DNA of 32,000 nucleotides from Fastidiosibacter lacustris (GTDB lineage Bacteria; Pseudomonadota; Gammaproteobacteria; Francisellales; Francisellaceae): NCBI RefSeq assembly GCF_003428155.1, contig NZ_QLIR01000002.1, positions 150,001 to 182,000 of the forward strand, read 5' to 3'. Shown piece by piece: positions 25,094 to 32,000 of this stretch (position 1 is its first letter; each line of letters starts with the position of its first letter). The notes under the pieces were generated by a model. It saw only the letters and a program-made list of their open reading frames with translations, ran no database searches and was not told where the DNA came from. The position numbers and the translations under genes were made by a program.

Positions 25094-26599
25094 GTGAAAA
25101 CCATCGCTCAAATTATCAATTTTTTTTCTAAGCAAGGACTTTTATCACAAGTGCACTTTAATCAACAAAATGCATATGTTCTTATAGAAAATTTATGCCA
25201 AGATCATAAAGGATGTCAAAAGGGTGATATTTTTATTGCATTAAAGGGTCAGCGTCATGATGGACACCAATATGTGTCAGCTGCATTAGAAAAAGACGCA
25301 AACCTCATTGTTGTAGAAGACATTCATTTAGTCCCTGATAGTGTCAATAAAGACGACTTATTAGAGGTTAGAGAAATAAAGCATCATTTATCTGAATTTG
25401 CTGGTTGGTTTTATGATTTTCCATCACAACACCTTCAAATTTATGCTGTGACTGGAACTAATGGCAAAAGCACTATTGCTCATTTTATTGGTCAGTTATT
25501 GACTAAGCTGGGATATAAATCAGGTGTGTTAGGCACAATTGGTAATGGTATTTACCCTAAGCTTTATGCTTCTTCCCTTACAACTTTGGACACAGTAAAC
25601 TTAAATAAAGTATTGAAGGACTTTGTGCGAACTAAAGTAAAATCTGTCGCAATGGAAGTTTCATCACATGCAATTGACCAGAATCGGATTAAGGGAATCA
25701 ACATTGAAATCGCAATTTTCAGTAATTTAGATGTTGATCACTTGGATTATCACCAATCGATGGTTGACTATTTTGAGGTCAAAGCACGCTTGTTTAGAAT
25801 GCAAAACGTGCAAAAATGTATTATTAATATTGATAATGAATATGGTGTGAAACTCTACCAAGATCTTCTTTCGTTAAAAACTAAACAAGTGCTTACTTTC
25901 AGTATTCAAAATAAAAAGGCAGATTGTTTTATTGCAATTGAACGTTATCTGCAAACTGGTTTTGAAGTCAGTATTTACTGGAAAGAAGTTAAAATAACAC
26001 AGATGTTATTGCCGATTATGGGAGAATATAATCTAAGTAATATCGCTGCTGCGATAACCGCATTATTGGCAAATGGTTATTCATTGGAAAGTGTGAAACA
26101 CGCATTACCTTTTATTCAAAATGCTAAAGGACGTTTAGAGCAGCTAAAGTTCCGTAACAAAGCATTGGTTGTTATTGACTATGCACATACGCCTGATGCG
26201 TTACAAAAAGCTTTACAAGCCTTGCAATCACAGCTAAAAGGTAGACTTTATTGTGTTTTTGGCTGTGGTGGTGAACGTGAAACAAGCAAGCGACCGCTCA
26301 TGGCAAAAGTCGCTCAAATTCATGCGGATTTTTGTATCATCACTGAAGATAATAGCCGTACAGAACCAATAGATAATATTATGGCGGATATTTTAAGAGG
26401 TTTTGATAAACAATTTAGCAAATATATCGTGATAAAGGATCGTAAAAAAGCAATTGAATATGTGCTTACACATACTACAGCAGACGATATTATTTTGCTT
26501 GCTGGTAAAGGGCATGAAACCTATTTAGATAAAAACAATTTTAAAATACATTTTGATGAACGTGAAGTTGTCATGAATTTATGGAGTAAAGATGCTTGA
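25094..26599 (+). CDS. murE: UDP-N-acetylmuramoyl-L-alanyl-D-glutamate--2,6-diaminopimelate ligase
   Basis: P-loop VTGTNGKSTIAHF, MEVSSHA and DYAHTPDAL. The DAP-specificity motif reads EDNSRTE (DNSR rather than the usual DNPR). GTG start. Confidence 0.9.
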   Translation: MKTIAQIINFFSKQGLLSQVHFNQQNAYVLIENLCQDHKGCQKGDIFIALKGQRHDGHQYVSAALEKDANLIVVEDIHLVPDSVNKDDLLEVREIKHHLSEFAGWFYDFPSQHLQIYAVTGTNGKSTIAHFIGQLLTKLGYKSGVLGTIGNGIYPKLYASSLTTLDTVNLNKVLKDFVRTKVKSVAMEVSSHAIDQNRIKGINIEIAIFSNLDVDHLDYHQSMVDYFEVKARLFRMQNVQKCIINIDNEYGVKLYQDLLSLKTKQVLTFSIQNKKADCFIAIERYLQTGFEVSIYWKEVKITQMLLPIMGEYNLSNIAAAITALLANGYSLESVKHALPFIQNAKGRLEQLKFRNKALVVIDYAHTPDALQKALQALQSQLKGRLYCVFGCGGERETSKRPLMAKVAQIHADFCIITEDNSRTEPIDNIMADILRGFDKQFSKYIVIKDRKKAIEYVLTHTTADDIILLAGKGHETYLDKNNFKIHFDEREVVMNLWSKDA

Positions 26600-27965
26600 C
26601 TCATTAAAAACTTTAGTAAGTGAAATATCAGGAGAGTACATCGGAGCAGATGTAAGTATTACAGGTGTACATATCAATTCAAGAGAAATTGAAAAAGGTC
26701 AATTGTTTGTTGCGATTAAAGCTGATCGTGATGGTCATGATTTTGTTCAAAATGCAATTGAAAATGGTGCATGTGCAGTTTTGGTTAGTGATAAACAACA
26801 TAATCTAGCTGTACCACAAATCGTTGTTGGTGACACGCGTAAAGCATTGTTTGATTTAGCGCAAGCGTATAGAAGTAAGCTTAATATGCCGGTTTTATCA
26901 CTAACAGGAAGTTGTGGCAAAACAACAACAAAAGAAATGCTGGTGTGTACATTGTCCGCTTTTGGTAAAGTTCACTATAGCAAAGGTAATTTCAATAATG
27001 ACCTAGGTGTGCCCATCACGATTTTATCTACGCCAAACGATGCTGATTTTTTAGTTGTTGAAGCTGGAACCAATGCGAAGGGTGAAATTCCATATTTAGC
27101 AACCTTAATTCAGCCAGATATAGCAGGTATTACGAATGTATCAGCTTCACACCTAGAAAAGCTTCAATCATTAGAGGGAGTGATGTTGGAAAAAGGTGCT
27201 TTATTACAAGCATTGGTTAACAAAAATGGTTGCGCAATTATTAATCTAGATGACGGTAGAATCGTGCAATATGCTACAAGCCTTGCTGTTCAAAAAGTTA
27301 GTTTTTCTATGCAGCAGCAAGCTGATGTGCAATTAGTTAGCTATAAAGCAAGCAGTAATAAGTTGGATTATGAAGTTAGAGTTGATGATATTATTTACAG
27401 TGGTCAACTTAAAATAGTAGGAAAGCATAATATTCAAAATGCTTTAATGACATTAGCTTATATCAAGGCGTTAAAACTTGACATCCAAAAGTCTTGTATA
27501 GCGCTTTGTAATTTTAAACCCTATAAAGGACGTTTCTCTTTACATCAAGTAAATTCCTATTTATCTGTCATTGATGATACCTATAATGCAAGTGTACAAT
27601 CGGTTAAAGCAGCGATTGAGGATTTGTCTTCTTTTGATGGCGTGAAATATATTGTACTTAGTAATATGGGTGAGCTTGGTGAGCATGCGGAGTTTTATCA
27701 TCAACAAGTAGGAAGATGGATAAAGGAAGCCAGAATAGATCACGTTTATTTATATGGACATAAAGAGTGGATGGAAATTATGAAAGCAGAAGTTGATAGT
27801 CATGTGCAATATTTTGCAGCAAAGGAAAGCTTAATTTCGACTTTAATAACTCAACTAAAAAATATGATTAAGCAAAACACGCGTGTACTGATTAAAGGTT
27901 CAAATGCCAATAAAATGGGAGAAGTTGTAGTGGCAGTTTTGGAGCAATATCCTGCTATTCTATGA
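26592..27965 (+). CDS. murF: UDP-N-acetylmuramoyl-tripeptide--D-alanyl-D-alanine ligase
   Basis: P-loop LTGSCGKTTTKEM, DDTYNAS and the typical length of 457 aa. It overlaps murE by 8 nt. Confidence 0.9.
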   Translation: MLDSLKTLVSEISGEYIGADVSITGVHINSREIEKGQLFVAIKADRDGHDFVQNAIENGACAVLVSDKQHNLAVPQIVVGDTRKALFDLAQAYRSKLNMPVLSLTGSCGKTTTKEMLVCTLSAFGKVHYSKGNFNNDLGVPITILSTPNDADFLVVEAGTNAKGEIPYLATLIQPDIAGITNVSASHLEKLQSLEGVMLEKGALLQALVNKNGCAIINLDDGRIVQYATSLAVQKVSFSMQQQADVQLVSYKASSNKLDYEVRVDDIIYSGQLKIVGKHNIQNALMTLAYIKALKLDIQKSCIALCNFKPYKGRFSLHQVNSYLSVIDDTYNASVQSVKAAIEDLSSFDGVKYIVLSNMGELGEHAEFYHQQVGRWIKEARIDHVYLYGHKEWMEIMKAEVDSHVQYFAAKESLISTLITQLKNMIKQNTRVLIKGSNANKMGEVVVAVLEQYPAIL

Positions 27966-28085
27966 CAACAAAAATTACATGTGACCCAAAATTGATGTTG
28001 TCACAAAATTTGCGTACGGTCATAGTATACTTTTGGTATGTACTCATGTATCGTTACATTTTTATTGAACTATGGAGGCTTTTGT

Positions 28086-29252
28086 ATGCAAAAATCATTA
28101 GGTGGTGCATTTTTAGTAGTAGGGACTACAATTGGTGCAGGGATGTTGTCGTTACCACTTATCACCGCCGCATGTGGTTTATTGGTGTCAATTATATTAG
28201 TAATTATTTCATGGTCGGTGATGTATTTTACGGCTATACGCCTAATTCATGTTTGCTCTAGTCAACCTTTAGGTGTCAATTTTACAACACTCATTAAAGA
28301 ACAAATGCCAAAAAGCTTACAAGCTATTTTTACCTTGATTTACCTATTATTGTTATACGCATTAATGGCTGCTTATACTACACAAGGAGCATCCCTTGTA
28401 AATTTAGTATCGCAAGCTGAACTACCAATCATCAGCGTAGATGCTATTGTATTTGTTATAATTTTTGGCTTAGTTATTTTAAGTACCCGATTAAGCGATT
28501 ATGTTAATCGATCGTTTGTTTCAGTTAAGCTTGTGTTTTATGTTTTATGCGTAGTTAGCATGTTATTTGTCTTAAAGTGGGCAAATATGTTTAAAATGCC
28601 ACTTTCGTTTTATGCACTTGTGTTCGCGTGGCCGACTTTATTACCATCATTTGGTTTTCAGAATATTATTCCTGTGTTGTATGAATATCAAAAAGGCGAT
28701 GTGAAAGCGGTTAAGCGTAGTGTATTTATTGGTAGCAGTGTGGTGCTTGTGATTTATATTATTTGGTTGATAGTTTGTTTGACCATTTTGCCTCAAACAG
28801 GTATCCATAGTTATGAGACCATATTTAAAAACGGTAATACCTTAACGGCGCTTATCAATGCAATAAAAGAAGCAACACAGAGTGTAATGATCAATACTTT
28901 TTTATCGGTGTTTATTAATATCTCAATTATTACATCTTTTATTTGCGTTGGATTATCACTTTATCACTACATAAAAGACACTTTTAAGCGATTTGGTATT
29001 GAAATTAATAAAATAATTGGTTTTCTATTAACCTTTATTCCACCGTTTATATTTACTGTGTTTTACCCAAAAGGATTTATTCTTGCTTTGCAATATGCAG
29101 CTATTTTTGCTGTTATTATTTTTGTATTTACCCCCATTTACCTCGATAAAGACCATAGAAAAAAGGTTATCAATTGGTATCCATTGATTTTAGGTTCACT
29201 GGTGATTGTGGCTCAAATACTCAATTTGTTAGGAATAAGCGTACCATTTTAA
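28086..29252 (+). CDS. Aromatic amino-acid (Tyr/Trp) permease, HAAAP family (TyrP/Mtr/TnaB-like)
   Basis: The N-terminus [25 protein letters not shown] matches E. coli TyrP ([21 protein letters not shown]). [23 protein letters not shown] matches [23 protein letters not shown]. A GGAGG RBS lies 8 nt before ATG 28086. The track start at 28038 is probably an over-extension. Confidence 0.85.
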   Translation: [388 protein letters not shown]

Positions 29253-29676
29253 AAGATTTTTTGAGTATTACCCTTAACATATAAACTGCGCTACTGAATC
29301 TACCTTATCTTTAAATAAGTAATTTGGCGCTAAGTTGAAATTGAAATTAACGAGGAGACTCAAGTAAGCAACAGCAAGTCAGGAAAACATCCATGTGAAT
29401 TACGCTAGGGGGAGTGCGCTACTGCTTGTTCTGTCGCTTACTGGTTGTGAATAGTATAGTGTTTATGCTTGTAATGCAAGTTGTTGATCTCTAATTAGGT
29501 TGCAGATATTTCAGCGTGTGGGTGAGATATTTGCTCGTCATAGCTTGGGTTATTTCTATATAGATTTGCCAGCGATACTGATAAAAGTAATGATGATCTA
29601 AATCTTTAGATTTTTTAAAAAAACGATTTATGATAAACTTCTGAGTTTGTGTTAACAAACTAACAATAAAAGCAAA

Positions 29677-30333
29677 ATGCTTATCGTTGCCTTATTTAGT
29701 TTATTAATGTTACAAATGCTTGGCGTGATGCTGCCTGGACCTGATTTCTTTATGGTGTTGCGATCATCGATTAAGTACGGGCGTAATTCTGCCGTTCTTG
29801 TTGCATTAGGTATTGCAATGGGTGTACTTACTTACGCAACCGTGGTTGTACTGTTACTAGATTCCCTTAGTGATAATTTTCTAATGATCGTGCATTGGGT
29901 ATCATTCTTTGGTGGCTGTTATTTGCTTTATATTGCTTATAATTGTTATCGCTCTTCAAAAGGCAAGCACTCATTGGCTGAGGTAGATGTACAAATTGCG
30001 GTTGCATCTAAAAAACATTTATTTTTGTTGGGACTTTTTTGTAATTTATCCAATCCCAAGGTGATTATATTTTTTGTGAGTCTATTACCACTATTTGTTT
30101 TAAAATCAACCGCACTTTGGTACCATCTAGCTATTATTTCAATTATGTTCTTAAGTACATTTATTTGGTTTGGTTTTGTGGCTTATGTGATGGGATCACA
30201 ACATATTCGAGGGCTTTTTATAAAGCATATGGCAAAGCTTGAAATTGTATTTTCAATTATCCTGACAATTTTTGCGTTATTATTGATTTACTCATTTTTT
30301 TCTACTTTATTTATTTTTAATTACGTTATTTGA
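29677..30333 (+). CDS. LysE/RhtB-family amino-acid exporter
   Basis: 218 aa with about six TM helices. The family signature is near the N-terminus (GVMLPGPDFFMVLRSSIKYGRNSAVLVALGIAMG), and NPKVIIFF is also present. Confidence 0.8.
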   Translation: MLIVALFSLLMLQMLGVMLPGPDFFMVLRSSIKYGRNSAVLVALGIAMGVLTYATVVVLLLDSLSDNFLMIVHWVSFFGGCYLLYIAYNCYRSSKGKHSLAEVDVQIAVASKKHLFLLGLFCNLSNPKVIIFFVSLLPLFVLKSTALWYHLAIISIMFLSTFIWFGFVAYVMGSQHIRGLFIKHMAKLEIVFSIILTIFALLLIYSFFSTLFIFNYVI

Positions 30334-30728
30334 CGTAATTTTGACGTAAAAAAACTTTTACGTTTTGATTACAGTCATTTCAATCAAAGGTGTATAACTC
30401 CTAACTTTAATTGAAAATATAAAAATGTCCTAGTGCGTTAGGTGTGCTGATGTTATACAAAAGATTTGAAGCAAGTTGATGCAATTATTGTCGATAGCAA
30501 ATTTCACTATACTAAAAATTGGAATCAATTAATCTTTCATGCAAGATAAAAAGAATTTACGTTATTTTGACGGGTTTTGGTGCTAAGTAGACATGTGAAA
30601 AGAGTTGAAATATTTTGGTTGCCCACGAGACCATAAACCAAAACAAATAAGAGATTTACTTGCACAGTTTGATAAAGTTCTTTATATTTTGGTCTCATTT
30701 AGTCTTATAGCAATATAAACAGGAAAAT

Positions 30729-31580
30729 ATGAATCAACAGGATAATGACATTATTACTATCAGTGACTTGCTGGTGACATTAGCAAAATATTTTAAATTA
30801 TGGTTAGCACTAACCATCATTGGTGTCATAATGAGTATTGCGTATGCAGTCTATCATAAAAATAATTACCAATATAGTGCAAATATTGTTGGACCAAGCT
30901 ACATTCAGAATGGGAGTTTGCATGAGATCATTCCTCAAAATCAATTATCTCAGTTAGTAAATATTTATTATCAGCAATTTCGACAACTTGAACAAAAGCA
31001 AAATACGTTAGTAGATCATCTTAATTATGAAAAAGAAAAGTCGATGCTAACAACTAATGCTAAAGGAGAGAATATGTCGCAGGTAGTATCTTTATTTTAT
31101 AATTTTATTCAGTATGTGCAAAAGCAAGAACAGTATATTAATAGAATTCAAAATTGGCAAAACAGCGTACAATTTAACCTTGAGAAATTAGAAGAGCAAA
31201 ACAAAATTTATGAGCAAAACGTGAAACAATTTCAGCATAATATCGACAGTCTAACTACAGCCAATGACTTGGCAAGCTTAAATGGTCAGGCATTACTGAA
31301 TAATTTATCAAACATGATTACATCGTATCAACATCAAATGTTTACCAATAATATTCAGATTCAGAATTACCAATCGCAACTACAATCGCTAAACAAGAAT
31401 ATTACGATGTTGGGTGGAGTTTTAAAATCAATTAATCCGGTTGGGTTGACATCGGTTGTTATTATTATTTTGGGTATGATTTTAACGATTATTTTAGTAA
31501 CAATTGTTGTGTTTATTATTGAGTTTATTCGTAACACAACGTTCGAAGTCAGGCAAAAGCTTAAAACTTATGACAGATAA
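30729..31580 (+). CDS. Two-TM, Gln/Asn-rich coiled-coil envelope protein, Wzz/PCP-like topology (chain-length-determinant-like)
   Basis: The N-terminal segment DIITISDLLVTLAKYFKLWLALTIIGVIMSIAYAV resembles the Wzz N-terminal motif plus TM1. A ~190-aa predicted coiled-coil region follows. A C-terminal TM (VVIIILGMILTIILVTIVVFII) is followed by basic residues. No other polysaccharide genes lie nearby. Confidence 0.4.
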   Translation: MNQQDNDIITISDLLVTLAKYFKLWLALTIIGVIMSIAYAVYHKNNYQYSANIVGPSYIQNGSLHEIIPQNQLSQLVNIYYQQFRQLEQKQNTLVDHLNYEKEKSMLTTNAKGENMSQVVSLFYNFIQYVQKQEQYINRIQNWQNSVQFNLEKLEEQNKIYEQNVKQFQHNIDSLTTANDLASLNGQALLNNLSNMITSYQHQMFTNNIQIQNYQSQLQSLNKNITMLGGVLKSINPVGLTSVVIIILGMILTIILVTIVVFIIEFIRNTTFEVRQKLKTYDR

Positions 31581-31582
31581 TT

Positions 31583-32000
31583 TTAACTTAATGGCGCAAA
31601 CAAACTCATCAATTCGGTTTCACTTAGTTTAAATTCTGCTTGACCTTGTTTGTCATATAATCCACTAGCAAGTGTTGCTTTTTTCTCTTGTAGTTTTAAG
31701 ATTTTTTCTTCGACACTGTCTTTGGCAATGAGTTTATAAACATTGACAGGTTTATTTTGACCTATGCGATAAGCGCGATCAGTTGCTTGCGCTTCAATTG
31801 CAGGATTCCACCACGGATCATAGTGAATAACTGTATCGGCAGCAACTAAGTTAAGCCCAGTACCACCTGCTTTTAAGCTAATAAGAAAGATATTGATTGT
31901 AGGATTGTGACTGAATTTGTCGATGAGTTGTTGACGGTTTTTAGTTTGACCAGTGAGTTGAACATAGTTGATTTTATGATTGTTAAGAGACTCAGCAATG
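31583..32000 (-). CDS. SNF2-family helicase/ATPase, C-terminal portion (N-terminus beyond the window)
   Basis: My minus-strand translation reads ...[71 protein letters not shown]...SLFAPLS*. These are classic SNF2 helicase motifs V-VI. The stop TAA is the complement of 31583-31585. Confidence 0.85.
   Translation of the reverse strand, partial: IAESLNNHKINYVQLTGQTKNRQQLIDKFSHNPTINIFLISLKAGGTGLNLVAADTVIHYDPWWNPAIEAQATDRAYRIGQNKPVNVYKLIAKDSVEEKILKLQEKKATLASGLYDKQGQAEFKLSETELMSLFAPLS

Noticed and set aside
26093-26100. parS half-site gtgaaaca inside murE
   Set aside because: Only one half of the 16-bp palindrome is present, the preceding bases do not match tgtttcac, and it lies inside a coding region.
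27962-28261. 99-aa plus-strand ORF between murF and the permease
   Set aside because: It overlaps the permease gene in another frame. The permease has a GGAGG RBS and strong family motifs. This ORF's translation is Tyr/Trp/Cys-rich nonsense typical of an off-frame reading.
29288-29424. 9-bp direct repeat gcgctactg (29288-29296 and 29416-29424), considered as a target-site duplication of a ~120-bp MITE
   Set aside because: No terminal inverted repeats lie just inside the two copies. The second copy is part of the long hairpin described in the findings.
29359-29445. Possibility that the long hairpin is the SRP (4.5S) RNA, because of a GUCAGG string
   Set aside because: The conserved domain IV features (GGAA tetraloop, AGCA/GGAAGCAGC asymmetric loop) are absent on both strands.
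1-32000. Scan for tRNA/rRNA genes, CRISPR arrays, IS elements, integrases and toxin-antitoxin pairs
   Set aside because: No T-loop or anticodon-arm-like tRNA signatures were seen in the spacers. There are no regularly spaced repeats, and no transposase or integrase-like ORFs in the six-frame track. Nothing supports these calls.

Overview
AT-rich window (roughly one-third G+C by eye). It appears to be chromosomal DNA from a Dot/Icm-carrying intracellular gammaproteobacterium (Legionellales or Piscirickettsia/Fangia-like); the taxon is inference. There are three blocks.

(1) 1-3350, minus strand: part of a type IVB secretion (Dot/Icm) locus. It reads icmC/dotE-like, icmD/dotP-like, dotD, dotC, dotB, with dotB truncated by the window edge. 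A PAS-LuxR regulator and a sensor kinase/OmpR-type response regulator pair follow at 3.7-6.7 kb.

(2) 7.1-16.3 kb: six orphan genes with wide AT-rich spacers and no housekeeping similarity that I can recognise.
- A Sec-signal helical protein.
- A membrane protein with two hairpin-type hydrophobic lobes.
- Two ~595-aa paralogues that share an internal ~110-aa module (YGVTN motif). One of them carries an N-terminal OTU-like Cys/His protease signature.
- A 160-aa partner ORF.
- A kinase-like protein (FIK...E...GDxxxHxxN...DFG) with a C-terminal hydrophobic anchor.

I read this block as a translocated-effector island. It is bounded by a plasmid-type parA-parB module (16.4-18.0 kb), a class-I glutamine amidotransferase and a leaderless GDSL lipase.

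(3) 19.7-32 kb: housekeeping genes. These are rpmE and a permuted dcw cluster (mraY-murD-ftsW, then a DAHP synthase, then murE-murF). After them come an aromatic amino-acid permease, a LysE/RhtB exporter, a Wzz-like two-TM protein and the 3' end of an SNF2-family helicase.

No rRNA, tRNA, CRISPR, IS or integrase was seen. Noncoding items of note are a compact three-way-junction fold right after the rpmE terminator, several hairpin terminators, a long imperfect hairpin at 29.36-29.44 kb and a phased ACGT-core repeat array at 30.32 kb. All homology statements rest on motif recognition by eye; no database search was run.
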